Of a DNA stretch of 64,000 bases, positions 19,686 through 29,648 are shown one piece after another. The stretch comes from an uncultured delta proteobacterium (GTDB lineage Bacteria > Desulfobacterota > Syntrophorhabdia > Syntrophorhabdales > WCHB1-27), in NCBI GenBank assembly GCA_963810935.1, contig CAWEPK010000008.1, positions 128,001 to 192,000 on the forward strand, in the 5' to 3' direction. The notes under the pieces were generated by a model. The model had not been told where the DNA came from and did no database searches. It saw only the letters and a list, made by a program, of their open reading frames with translations. A program made the position numbers and the translations under genes. Within the stretch, counting starts at the first letter, position 1. Every line of letters begins with the position of its first letter.

Positions 19686-19871
19686 TTATTCTATTATGAT
19701 TGCTTCTACAGGGCAGGCGTCGGCCGCTTCCTGGCAGGAGCCCTGAAGCTCCGCCGGCACATCTTCCATCTTGGTAACCGCTACGTCGCCGTCCATCTCA
19801 AAGACCTCAGGGCAAATAGAGACGCACGTCTCGTCCCCCACGCACGCTTCCTTATCAACACTGACCTTCAT
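19686..19871 (-). CDS. Monocluster ferredoxin (61 aa) with CxxDxxC motif
   Basis: MKVSVDKEACVGDETCVSICPEVF...CQEAADACPVEAI; GGAGG RBS. Confidence 0.92.
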   Translation of the reverse strand: MKVSVDKEACVGDETCVSICPEVFEMDGDVAVTKMEDVPAELQGSCQEAADACPVEAIIIE

Positions 19872-19914
19872 GGAAGCCTCCTTTGTCTTTTTGTACGGGA
19901 GCGGTCGCCTCCCG

Positions 19915-21252
19915 TTATTCGAGTCCCGCCTCTTTGAGGTCCGCGACGATAACTGTAAGCGCCTTGTCGGGTTGAATGTACTTGTTTGCCACCCGCTGAA
20001 TGTCCTCGCGCGTGATCGCGTTGATAATGGACGGGTACCTCTCTGCGTAATCGAGGCCGAGGCCGAAATATTCAACCTGGGCGAAGAAAGAGGCGATCCT
20101 GCCTTGAGTGCTGAACCTCTGGGGGAAACTGCCGACCAGATATTTTTTCGCCTCATCGAGCTCTTTCTCGGAGACCGGGCCGGACCGTATGCGCTCCAGC
20201 TCTTCCATCACGGCCTTGATCGCGTCCCTGGCCGATTGGTTCTTCGTCTGGAGATAAACCTGGAAAGGACCCGGATATTTTCTTCCCTCAAACATACTAC
20301 CTACCGAGTACACGAGCCCTTTTTTTATCCTGATATCTTCCATTAAACGCGAGGTGAGCCCGCCCCCGCCGAGGATATAGTTCGCTACCAGAGCAGCGTA
20401 ATAGTCCGGGTTTTCCCGGCTCAACCCGCCGCCGCCGATAACGATGCTCGACTGGGTGACGGGTTTATTGATCCTGATCGTCTCTTTTCGTTCGGCGAAC
20501 GCCACCTTTATCGGCTGCGTCGCCGGGCCTCCTTTCGGCCATTTCCGGAGACTCGGGACCAGATATCCCTTTACGGTGGCCGCGTCGATGTCGCCTACAG
20601 CGACGAAGATTGCGTTATTGGGGTTGTAATGGGCACGGTGAAAGGACTCCATCATGCCCCTTCCTATCCCCGAAACCGATTTTACCGTGCCCTCCCGTGG
20701 GTGGCCATAAGGGCCGCCCGTGTAAAGGGCTTTCATAAAGGCCCGGTCAGCCACTACGGTCGGCCGGTCCTCAGAAGCGCGTATGGCCGCCACGGCGCGC
20801 GCCATTTCCTTCTTGACCTCGTCGGCCGGGAAAGTCGGCTTCATGACTATATCCATGAAGATGGGAAACGCAGCCTCCAGGTCCTTTCTGAGCACCTTAA
20901 GGCTGACGATCGAATAATCCCTGGCCGCGTCGGCTCCCATCTGGGCGCCCAGAAAATCGAGCTCCTCGTTGATCTGCTTCAGCGAGCGGCCGGCAGCGCC
21001 TAAAAGGAGGCACGACGCAGTAACGTCCGCAAGTCCCTCCCGGCCTTCCGGGTCGTCCTTCGCGCCGGATTTTATCATAAGGCTTATCGTAACGAACGGA
21101 AGGGAGTGTTCTTCCGAGACGAGGAGTACCAGCCCGTTATCGAGCACGCTCCTTTGCACGGGGGGCAGCGCCACGGCAGTCCCCATCGCCGCGCAGACGA
21201 AGAAGACGACCGCAAGCACAAGGAGAACCGATTTCTTCGCAGATACGGACAT
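19915..21252 (-). CDS. M16 peptidase family, non-catalytic subunit
   Basis: Signal peptide, LDNGL, ILGGGGLTSRLMEDIRIKKGLVYSV; lacks HxxEH. Confidence 0.88.
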   Translation of the reverse strand: MSVSAKKSVLLVLAVVFFVCAAMGTAVALPPVQRSVLDNGLVLLVSEEHSLPFVTISLMIKSGAKDDPEGREGLADVTASCLLLGAAGRSLKQINEELDFLGAQMGADAARDYSIVSLKVLRKDLEAAFPIFMDIVMKPTFPADEVKKEMARAVAAIRASEDRPTVVADRAFMKALYTGGPYGHPREGTVKSVSGIGRGMMESFHRAHYNPNNAIFVAVGDIDAATVKGYLVPSLRKWPKGGPATQPIKVAFAERKETIRINKPVTQSSIVIGGGGLSRENPDYYAALVANYILGGGGLTSRLMEDIRIKKGLVYSVGSMFEGRKYPGPFQVYLQTKNQSARDAIKAVMEELERIRSGPVSEKELDEAKKYLVGSFPQRFSTQGRIASFFAQVEYFGLGLDYAERYPSIINAITREDIQRVANKYIQPDKALTVIVADLKEAGLE

Positions 21253-21260
21253 GATTACAC

Positions 21261-22700
21261 CTATCGCTCGATCTGCCCCTTCATCGGGGACCCCGGCGGC
21301 ACCGGCTTCTGCTCGGCCGACGGTATGGGGATTAGGCGGGCGCTTACGCAGTTGTCGGGCACGAGGTACTTACGCGCCACTCTTTGCACGTCTTTCGCCG
21401 TGACCGCCCGGATGTTAGGGACGTAACGGTCGAGGTCGCGCCACGAAGAGACTATCTCGTATGAAGCAAGCAGCATCCCCTGTGCGAAAAGCGAGTCCTG
21501 CTCGAACGTGAACCCCGCCTCCAACTGGTTTTTTGCCTTTTGAAGCTCGCGCTCGTCTACAATCCCTTTCTGCAGAAGCTCTATCTCGCTCGTGAGTGCC
21601 TTTTCGACCATATCGATGTCAACGCCCGGCAATACGTCCGCGGATACGGAGAAAAGGCTCGGGTCTTTGGAGACGATATCGTTGTCCGCCGAAACGGAAA
21701 GGGCCAGGTGCTTCTCACGCACGAGGGAGCGCTGGAGCCTGGAGCTTTCGCCGGCAGAAAGCAGCGCCGCCGCCACCTCGAGGGCATAGCTGTCCGGGTC
21801 CTTCACGTTCGGCACATGGAAGGCTTTTACAACGGAAGCGAGCTGGGCCTCTTTTCTTACGATTATCCTGCGCTCGCCCGCCTGCGGCTCCTCGATGTCT
21901 TTTTTCTGGTCGGGCGCGATACCGGGCTTGATCGGCCCGAAGGCCCCTTCCAGCAGGGGGAGCACTTTTTCCTTTTTGAAGTCGCCCGCGATCACTATAA
22001 AGGCGTTGGCGGGGACGTAATAGGTCTTGTAATGAGCCTTGAGGTCATCAAGGGTGTACCTGACGATGTCCTGCATCCACCCTATGACGGGCCAGTGGTA
22101 GGGCTGTAGGACGAAGGCGGCTGCATGAAGCTGCTCCCCGAGCACGGCCTTCGGGTTGTCGTCAGTCCTCATCCGCCGCTCTTCCATGACGACGGACCGC
22201 TCCGGCTTGAAGTCCTGCTCGCGGAGGACGAGGTTGTGCATCCTGTCCGATTCGAGCGCTATCGGGATGGCTATCCTGTCGGAGCTCATATTCTCGAAAT
22301 AGGCCGTGTAATCATGCGAAGTGAAGGCGTTATCGTTGCCCCCGTTCTGCGCGATGATGCGGGAGAACTCTTCGGCTCCGGTTTTTTCGGTGCCTTTGAA
22401 CATCATGTGCTCGAGCATGTGGGAAAGGCCGGTCTTCCCGAACACCTCGTTCCTCGACCCTACCCTGTACCATACCTGGAACGTGACGAGGGGGACCTTA
22501 TGGTTCTCTGCGAGGATGACCTTGAGACCGTTGGAGAGTGTAGCCTCGGAAACAGTGTCCGAGAGCGCGGCCAGGCATGGTGAAGAGAAGCAGAGCGCCG
22601 CCGCCAGGACAGGCCAGACAGCAAACCTCAATACTCGTGCACGCGGCCCTAGGCATGACATAGTATTCTTCATTGTAGGGGTAAGCGGACAGATTGTCAA
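21261..22700 (-). CDS. M16 peptidase family, catalytic subunit (start possibly 22658)
   Basis: VGSRNE, GLSHMLEHMMFKGT (HxxEH), NAFTSHDYTAY. Confidence 0.93.
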   Translation of the reverse strand: MTICPLTPTMKNTMSCLGPRARVLRFAVWPVLAAALCFSSPCLAALSDTVSEATLSNGLKVILAENHKVPLVTFQVWYRVGSRNEVFGKTGLSHMLEHMMFKGTEKTGAEEFSRIIAQNGGNDNAFTSHDYTAYFENMSSDRIAIPIALESDRMHNLVLREQDFKPERSVVMEERRMRTDDNPKAVLGEQLHAAAFVLQPYHWPVIGWMQDIVRYTLDDLKAHYKTYYVPANAFIVIAGDFKKEKVLPLLEGAFGPIKPGIAPDQKKDIEEPQAGERRIIVRKEAQLASVVKAFHVPNVKDPDSYALEVAAALLSAGESSRLQRSLVREKHLALSVSADNDIVSKDPSLFSVSADVLPGVDIDMVEKALTSEIELLQKGIVDERELQKAKNQLEAGFTFEQDSLFAQGMLLASYEIVSSWRDLDRYVPNIRAVTAKDVQRVARKYLVPDNCVSARLIPIPSAEQKPVPPGSPMKGQIER

Positions 22701-22718
22701 GCAAAGAAGCGGCGAGAA

Positions 22719-22753
22719 AAATCAAGGGGCCGGATGTCCCGGCCCCTTGATTT
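22719..22753. terminator. Intrinsic terminator after dctP
   Basis: AAATCAAGGGGCCGG-N5-CCGGCCCCTTGATTT perfect 15-bp stem. Confidence 0.85.
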
Positions 22754-22757
22754 ACTA

Positions 22758-23771
22758 TCAGTGAGATTTCAGGAAATCCAGGCAAAAGCTAAGGACCTGA
22801 TCCCCCGGCAGGTTCTTCGCCTTCATCGACTTCACATACTCATCCAGCAAAGGCCTTGCAGCCGCTGCCCAGCGGGCGCCTTCTGCCGCTGACAGGGGAA
22901 TGCGTTTCACGCCGTGCTTCTCGGCGAAGACATGGCCGGATTTGTCGATCGCGTCCCAGTTCTTCCCCGTCTTTTCTATCCATTCCGTATTGACCTGCTC
23001 GATAATGCCCTGGATGTCCTTGGGCAGGCTGTTCCACTTGGCCTTGTTCATGACTACGAAGAAGGCCGTCGAGTAAGCGGCCGGATAATCTTCCGTCGTG
23101 TAGGCTATCACCTCACCCAGTTTGAAGCCTTCCAGCGCCTCTTCCGGGCAAAGGATACCGTCAGCCACGCCTTTCGACAGAGAGTCGTACGACTCGGTCA
23201 TGGGCATACCGACCGGGGCCGCGCCCAGCGCCTGCGCCAGTTTCGCAGACAGGCCGGTCGACCTGATCTTAAGACCCTTCATATCCTCCAGCTTGTTGAC
23301 GGGCTTCTTTGTATGCACTATGCCGGGACCGTGGGCGTGCAGGTAGAGCACGTGGGTCTCGTCGTATTCCTTCGGTTTAAACTTGGCATAAAATGCATTG
23401 ATCATCTTCGTCGCCGCGTATCCGCTCTTGTAGCCCAACGGAAGGTCGACAGCCTCAGTCAGCGGGAACTTGCCGCGCGTGTAAGCCTGGCAGCTCAAGC
23501 CTATGTCCGCGATGCCCTTGACTACACTGTCATAGGTCTGCGCGGCCGGCGTAAGCACGGCGCCGGGATAGTAATTTATCTTCACCCTGCCGTGGGTCCG
23601 CTTCTCTACTTCTTTGCACCACTGGTCCGAGAGGACGCTGTTCGTGTGAGGCGCGGGGAAGAAGTTCGAATACTTCAGGACGATCGTTTTTTCCTGAGCT
23701 ATCGCCTGCGAGCCGAGAAGAAGGCAAAAAAGAAAGCCTGATACCAAAGCAAGAAGCCACAACTTTTTCAT
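22758..23771 (-). CDS. dctP: TRAP transporter substrate-binding protein (DctP family)
   Basis: Signal peptide, EVEKRTHGRV, EDMKGLKIR, ALGAAPVGMP, YDSLSKGVADG. Confidence 0.92.
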   Translation of the reverse strand: MKKLWLLALVSGFLFCLLLGSQAIAQEKTIVLKYSNFFPAPHTNSVLSDQWCKEVEKRTHGRVKINYYPGAVLTPAAQTYDSVVKGIADIGLSCQAYTRGKFPLTEAVDLPLGYKSGYAATKMINAFYAKFKPKEYDETHVLYLHAHGPGIVHTKKPVNKLEDMKGLKIRSTGLSAKLAQALGAAPVGMPMTESYDSLSKGVADGILCPEEALEGFKLGEVIAYTTEDYPAAYSTAFFVVMNKAKWNSLPKDIQGIIEQVNTEWIEKTGKNWDAIDKSGHVFAEKHGVKRIPLSAAEGARWAAAARPLLDEYVKSMKAKNLPGDQVLSFCLDFLKSH

Positions 23772-24151
23772 GTTTTCCCCCTTTCGTTGTTGAGTCGTTT
23801 CCGTGTGAAAACCGCGAGCAGATTTCGGGCTGACCCCGAACGGGATCGCCCGCTTACCGGCCCATTCAACCTATCCGATTAAGCAGATTTTAGAACCCCC
23901 GTAGTATATTACCAGCGTCCAGCGAGTTGTTCCACTATTTTCTGCGCCACGGCTATTTTTTTCCTCCGCGCAAGAATGCCCCTATTAAGCACAACCGGCC
24001 CCTGCCCGCCAGACTTTTGATTCACTTACTTCCGCAGATATACATCTATTATTACATTATGTTATAGCCAAACGTTAATGTAAGATATAAAGTATCGTCC
24101 GGAAGTTTGACCTTGCAAATTGCCGATGAAACGATCACAATTTAAAGACGA

Positions 24152-24883
24152 ATGGAAAAAGAATTCGATGCTGCGACTCTACAGCCCCTCGACGGCAAAG
24201 AAGGTCGCCGGGCCTATATTGCTGCCGGCGGCCGCGTCGTCGACGTGACGGGCAGCCGGCTCTGGCCGGCAGGCAGGCACATGGCAAGGCACAGCGCCGG
24301 GTGCGACCTGACAGCGGACCTCGCGGCAGCACCTCATGGCCCGGACGTGCTCGACCGGTATCCGCAGGTCGGCAGATTTGTAGAGAAACCGGCCGGTCCC
24401 GAGGCCGCCGCCCTCCCGCCTCTGCCGCCCCTGGTATCGGCCGTATTGAAACGCTGGCCGATGCTGCGCCGCCACCCCCACCCCGCGACAGTCCATTTCC
24501 CTATCGTGTTTTCCCTGTCTGCCGCCTTCTTCTCACTCTTATATACGGCAACGGGAAATACAACGTTCGATACGACCGCGTTCTACTGCCTTCTCGGGGC
24601 CCTGGTATTCATGCCGGCAGGCATCCTGACGGGTTTCGCAACGTGGACGATCAACTACATGGCCAGGCCCATGCGCCCCGTCAGGGTAAAGCAGTACGTT
24701 TCCTTCGCGGCGGCAATCGACCTCGCAATCGTCATTTTCTGGCGGGCATGCACGCCGTCCGTGCCCGACGTCGCATCGGCGGGCGGCATCATCTATCTTT
24801 GTCTGGTTGTAGCTCAGGCCCCCGCTATCCTGGTAGTCGCCTACCTGGGCGGCATGCTGACGTTCCCTCTGGATAAGGATTAA
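24152..24883 (+). CDS. Cytochrome b5-like heme-binding domain fused to a DUF2231-like membrane domain
   Basis: DGKEGRRAYIA..G.V.DVT, RH.AG.DLT, APHG; then HPHPATVHFPI and four TM helices. Confidence 0.8.
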   Translation: MEKEFDAATLQPLDGKEGRRAYIAAGGRVVDVTGSRLWPAGRHMARHSAGCDLTADLAAAPHGPDVLDRYPQVGRFVEKPAGPEAAALPPLPPLVSAVLKRWPMLRRHPHPATVHFPIVFSLSAAFFSLLYTATGNTTFDTTAFYCLLGALVFMPAGILTGFATWTINYMARPMRPVRVKQYVSFAAAIDLAIVIFWRACTPSVPDVASAGGIIYLCLVVAQAPAILVVAYLGGMLTFPLDKD

Positions 24884-24947
24884 ATGACTCGGCTGCAAGC
24901 AGCAGGGTCATAAAGCAAGCGTAAGCGCCGCGCCGAGAGGGGAGGCT

Positions 24948-25814
24948 CTACGAGCTTTGCTCGTGGAGGGGGCGCTGAGCCCCAGTAATTGTTTGGTGGT
25001 GGTCGATGAACCAGTCGATCAGCCGCCTTGCTATGCTGATCTTCCCCGGCAGCTCCGGCAGGTTATCGACGCGGAACCAGCCTGCATCGACTATTTCCTT
25101 GCCGTCGATGCGCAAATCCCCTGATTCATAGCGGGCGGTAAAACCGAGCATCAGGCTGTCCGGGAACGGCCAGGGCTGGCTCCCGAAGTAGCGGATATCC
25201 GTAACTATGATCCCCGTCTCCTCTTCGACCTCCCGCCTGACCGTCTCCTCCAGCGACTCCCCGGCCTCGACGAAACCGGCCAGCACGCTGTAAAAACCCT
25301 GGGCGAAGCGGGAAGACCTGGCAAGTAATATCTCGTCGCCTCGCTCAATGCATACGATGATGGCGGGAGAAATGCGCGGGAAGATGGTTTTTCCGCAGCG
25401 CGTGCACAATTTTGCGCGCTCTTCTTTCACCGGGGCAGTCGGCGCCCCGCAGCGGCCGCAAAAACGGCTCGTTCTGTCCCATTCCGTGAGGTGGACGGCA
25501 GCCATAGCCCGTTTGAAGACATCTTCATCCAGGACGCCGAAGAGAGACCGCAAACCCTCGAAGACGCAGCCTTGCGGCGCGTCGGTATTCTCGTCAACCT
25601 CCGCGACGTAGCACGCAGCTCCGCGCAAGGTCCCCAAGGCCTGGACCGGGGAAGGAGCCAGCCCCCACGCGTCGAGGTTTTTCGCGAACGGCACGGAACC
25701 CGGGCCGTCGCCCGCTACGACAAGCAGCTTGAAGCCGGAGACGACGAACCAGAAAGCGGGCGCCTGCGCGCCCGTCTCCGTGTCATGGGGTTGTGCCTGC
25801 ATGCCGGTGACCAT
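24948..25814 (-). CDS. nudC: NAD(H) pyrophosphatase (Nudix)
   Basis: FCGRCG/CTRC zinc ribbon, AGFVEAGESLEETVRREVEEETG, SQPWPFPDS. Confidence 0.95.
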   Translation of the reverse strand: MVTGMQAQPHDTETGAQAPAFWFVVSGFKLLVVAGDGPGSVPFAKNLDAWGLAPSPVQALGTLRGAACYVAEVDENTDAPQGCVFEGLRSLFGVLDEDVFKRAMAAVHLTEWDRTSRFCGRCGAPTAPVKEERAKLCTRCGKTIFPRISPAIIVCIERGDEILLARSSRFAQGFYSVLAGFVEAGESLEETVRREVEEETGIIVTDIRYFGSQPWPFPDSLMLGFTARYESGDLRIDGKEIVDAGWFRVDNLPELPGKISIARRLIDWFIDHHQTITGAQRPLHEQSS

Positions 25815-25883
25815 TATAAAAAACTACCTGCTCGCGCCCGAAAGGTCAAGTGGTCCCGTTATGGCCGCTTACTGCACCTTTTT

Positions 25884-25922
25884 CCGGTGCACCACCCGCA
25901 AAATGCGCGGGTGGTGCACCGG
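25884..25922. repeat. Perfect 16-bp inverted repeat between divergent genes
   Basis: CCGGTGCACCACCCGC-N7-GCGGGTGGTGCACCGG. Confidence 0.8.
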
Positions 25923-26071
25923 CAGGTCCGATAAAGACTGAATATCCCAACGGTTTGTGGTATAATGTAACTGCCACGTAAGCCTCTTTCGCTTTCCCGT
26001 CTTGCTCGATTTTCTCAAACGATCGATTGCCGGGCAGGCCTGAAGCGGCCGCGGACTTTACAAGGAGACGT

Positions 26072-27233
26072 ATGGAGAAAACGAGATTCGAAGAGACTCC
26101 AGTTATCGAAGGAGCTGCAGAAAGCAATCGACGACATGGGATTTGAAGAGCTTACACCGATCCAGTCCGGATCTATGTCCCCTATCACGGAGGGGAGGGA
26201 CATCATAGGACAGGCACGCACGGGCACGGGCAAAACGCTCGCCTTCGGCCTGCCGATTATAGAATCGATGCAGCGAAAAGGGAACGGACTCGAGGCCGTC
26301 GTCCTCTGTCCTACGCGGGAGCTGGCCGTGCAGGTCGCAGAAGAGCTTATGCGCCTTGCGAAATACAGGAAGGACGTCCGCATAGTCCCTGTCTACGGGG
26401 GCCAGCCCATATACAAGCAGCTCGAAGGCCTTAAAAAAGGCGCAAGGATAGTCGTCGGCACGCCGGGCCGCATCATGGACCACATGAACCGGGGAACGAT
26501 CCGGATGGAGACCGTGCGTACGGTCGTCCTCGATGAGGCGGACAGGATGCTCGACATGGGCTTCGTCGACGATATGAAGACGATCCTATGGGCCATGCCC
26601 GACGATCGCCAAACGCTCCTCTTTTCCGCGACGATGCCTGATTCCGTCAGGGACATCGCGAACAAGTTCCAGAGGGACCCCCTGGTGGTCAACGTATCGG
26701 GCGACCATATGACCGTCCCGGAAGTGAGCCAGGCATTTTTCGAGGTCAAGCCGTGGATGAAGCTGGAAATGCTCTGCCGCCTGATCGACACATACACCCC
26801 GAACTCCTCCCTCGTCTTCTGTAATACTAAGAGACGGGTTGACCAGATCGTGAAAGACTTGCAGAGCAGGGGCTACCTGGTCGACAGCCTGCACGGCGAT
26901 ATGACGCAGGCCCGTCGAGACAAGGCAATGTCGAAGTTCCGCAAGAAGCTGTTGCGCGTGCTCGTTGCTACGGACGTGGCGGCTCGGGGCATAGATGTGG
27001 ACAACGTGGAGGCGGTCATCAACTACGACGTCCCCCAGGACGACCTGCACTACGTACACAGGATCGGAAGGACCGCGCGCATGGGCAAAGGCGGCCACGC
27101 CTTCACCCTGGTGCTCCCGGACCAACTCTCGTTACTCAGGGACATACAGGAAAAAACGAATACGCCGATCAAGAGGCAGATGACCCCGCACTTCAAGGAC
27201 GAGGGCAGCAAGCACGGCGCGCGGCAGGTCTAA
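26072..27233 (+). CDS. DEAD-box RNA helicase; +1 insertion near 26096 separates the N-terminus
   Basis: AAGGAG RBS then MEKTRFEE[L]QLSKELQKAIDDMGF; GTGKT, PTRELA, DEAD, SAT, HRIGRTAR. Confidence 0.93.
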
Positions 27234-28585
27234 GAGGCCGCAACCACCCGCTGTCGCCTCACGAGGAAGACGGGGATGCCCGTGAGCAGCATGATTACTC
27301 CCACTATAGCGCCCCTCCCCGTATATGCAAGGCTCGAATAAAGCATGTAAAGGCAGGCGCCGCAAAACAGGAGCGGTGTGAAGGGGTAGAGGGGCGTCCT
27401 GAACGGCCGCACCACTGCCCGCTCCTTAACCCGCAGCACAAACACGGAGACACCTACCAGCAGGAAGAAGAACCAGAAAACAGGGGCGGTGTACTCCACC
27501 ATCGTGACGAACCCGTTCCTCGTGCCCGTGCCGAGCAGAATCAGGCCAAGGGCGATTGCGCTCTGGAAGATCAACGCATTCACCGGCGTATTCCCCTTCT
27601 CGTCCCAATTGCCCATGAAGGAAAAAAGGGAGTAGTCCCGGCCGAAGGCATAGTTCGTCCGCGACCCCGTTATTATTACCGCGTTCATGCTGGACAGGAC
27701 CGTGAATACGACGAGCAGGCTCATATACGTTACCCCCGGTCCTCCCAGCACGCGGCGCATCACCTCCACCGCGACTGCGCCCGACGAAGCAGTGGCGCCC
27801 AGGCCGAGGGAGCTAATGAAGGCGTAGTTGACCGCAAGGTATATGAACGTGACTGCGGCTACGCCCAGCATGAGCACGCGTACCATGTTCTTTCTGGCCT
27901 TTCTCACCTCCGACGAGAGGTAGGCTATCTCGTTCCACCCGCCGTACGTCAAAAGGACAAAAATCATAGCGACGCCGATGCCGCTTGCCGTCGTCGCCTG
28001 CTGCACGGGAGGGGCCTCGGGGCGGCCCGGACCAGACGCGAGGCCGAACGCGACCACAGAAAAAAGCCCGAGCACTATCAGCCCGGTCAGGACGTTCTGT
28101 GTCCACTTGCCCTGCCTCATCCCCGTGATATTGACGGCCGTCAGGAGCACCAGGGCGCCCACGGCATAGATGGACGATGAATAAGGCCCTATCCTCAGCA
28201 CCTCCGATGCGTAATCGCCAAGGAGGAAGGCATGGAGGGCGATGGAGCCCGTCTGTATGACGGTGATGCGCGACCAGGCAAAGAGGAAGGCCGGGACGCT
28301 TCCATAGGAGCGCCCGAGATAGTGGTAATCGCCGCCTGGATGGGGATATGTCGAAGTCAGCTCCGCATAGCAGAGCGCCCCGACAAGGGAGACCGCCCCG
28401 CCCGCCAGCCACAGGAGCAGGACGGCGCCGACACTGCCGCACTGGGCGGCGACGATGGAGGGCGTTTTGAAGATGCCTGCCCCGACGACCATGCCCACGA
28501 CAACAGCCACGCCGTCGAGCACGCTAAGGGTGCTCTTCGGCGCCGCCTCGACGTCCGTTCGCTCTTTCTGGGCGTATTCCGGCAT
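27230..28585 (-). CDS. APC-family amino acid permease
   Basis: VVGAGIFKTP, ALCYAELTS.YP..GGDY, YGGWNE, PFRTPLYP. Confidence 0.92.
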   Translation of the reverse strand: MPEYAQKERTDVEAAPKSTLSVLDGVAVVVGMVVGAGIFKTPSIVAAQCGSVGAVLLLWLAGGAVSLVGALCYAELTSTYPHPGGDYHYLGRSYGSVPAFLFAWSRITVIQTGSIALHAFLLGDYASEVLRIGPYSSSIYAVGALVLLTAVNITGMRQGKWTQNVLTGLIVLGLFSVVAFGLASGPGRPEAPPVQQATTASGIGVAMIFVLLTYGGWNEIAYLSSEVRKARKNMVRVLMLGVAAVTFIYLAVNYAFISSLGLGATASSGAVAVEVMRRVLGGPGVTYMSLLVVFTVLSSMNAVIITGSRTNYAFGRDYSLFSFMGNWDEKGNTPVNALIFQSAIALGLILLGTGTRNGFVTMVEYTAPVFWFFFLLVGVSVFVLRVKERAVVRPFRTPLYPFTPLLFCGACLYMLYSSLAYTGRGAIVGVIMLLTGIPVFLVRRQRVVAAS

Positions 28586-28759
28586 AACCAGTCTGATATG
28601 TCGCTTGGATGATAAATCTTTCAACTTTCCGACACAGCCTTGACAGGGGCGACAATACACTAAAGTGTAGGGTCATGGGTGAGCCTTGTCAACCTGCCCC
28701 GGTCCCGGACAGATGTCAGGCGCTTTATTGTAATTTTGGGGGATTAAGAATCGGTTCTT

Positions 28760-29068
28760 TCAGACGGTGACGCAGAAACCGGCGCTCTTAGCGGCGCCGA
28801 ACGCTTTAACATCGATGAACTTCTTGATTAGTGCGGCCCGCAAGACGGCTACGCCTTCGCGCAGGACCGGCCTCGCGGCGGGCGCCGCCCCTTCCGCAGG
28901 GACAGTGACGCGTTCCGGCGGCACGTCTATCCGCCGTACGAGAGTGAGCGTCTCCCGCGCCGTTTTCTGCGGGACGGACCTGCTTCCGCCTGTATCTACC
29001 TGAAGCTGCCTGACGCTGCGCTCTCTGCCCGCGTCATTCTCTTTCAGGTTTGTGTAAACAATCCTCAT
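28760..29068 (-). CDS. Hypothetical protein
   Basis: Only ORF filling the gap; upstream TTGACA-like promoter; no recognised motif. Confidence 0.3.
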   Translation of the reverse strand: MRIVYTNLKENDAGRERSVRQLQVDTGGSRSVPQKTARETLTLVRRIDVPPERVTVPAEGAAPAARPVLREGVAVLRAALIKKFIDVKAFGAAKSAGFCVTV

Positions 29069-29271
29069 AAAGGCGCCTCGCCCGATTTGCCCGAGTACCG
29101 AGATTGCACACATGACCCGCACGCGCTAACGAGTGCGGCGTGTCGTCTTCTTGAAACAATTTTAATTTTGTATCTACGTTGTAATACGATATGATAGGGT
29201 TTGTCAAGAAAAAAAGCAGAAAATGAAAAAATAGCGCAAATCGGGAAGCGAAAGACGGCCGTGCGCGTCTT

Positions 29272-29637
29272 TTAGATCCTTCCGTAGTCGTCTTCGATGC
29301 GGACTACGTCGTCTTCCCCGAAGTATTCCCCGGTCTGCACCTCTATAACCACGACCGTCTCTCTGCCCGGGTTTTCGATCCTGTGGAGCGCGCCCCTGCC
29401 TATATCGATGGAGCCGCCCGCGTCGAGGAGGTGCTCCGCGCCGTCCAGGATGACGCGCGCCTTTCCCGAGACAACGTACCAGTGCTCCTGTCTCCTGGAG
29501 TGTTTCTGGTAGCTCAGGCGCTCGCCGGGCAGGACCTCTATCTTCTTTACCTTGAAGGCGTCGCCTTCCCCGATGACGACCCAGCGCCCCCAGGGCGGCT
29601 CCGCCGCCCGCCCGTCTGCCTTCGGGTCCTGCTCCAT
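29272..29637 (-). CDS. Phosphomannose isomerase type II C-terminal cupin, stand-alone
   Basis: PWG, PGERLSYQKH..R.EHW, HRIEN, IEVQTGEYFGEDDVVR.EDDYGR. Confidence 0.9.
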   Translation of the reverse strand: MEQDPKADGRAAEPPWGRWVVIGEGDAFKVKKIEVLPGERLSYQKHSRRQEHWYVVSGKARVILDGAEHLLDAGGSIDIGRGALHRIENPGRETVVVIEVQTGEYFGEDDVVRIEDDYGRI

Positions 29638-29648
29638 CTTCGCGCGCC

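Noticed and set aside
19872..20156. N-terminal extension of the ferredoxin ORF in the track
   Set aside because: Overlaps the M16 gene; the true start has its own RBS at 19871
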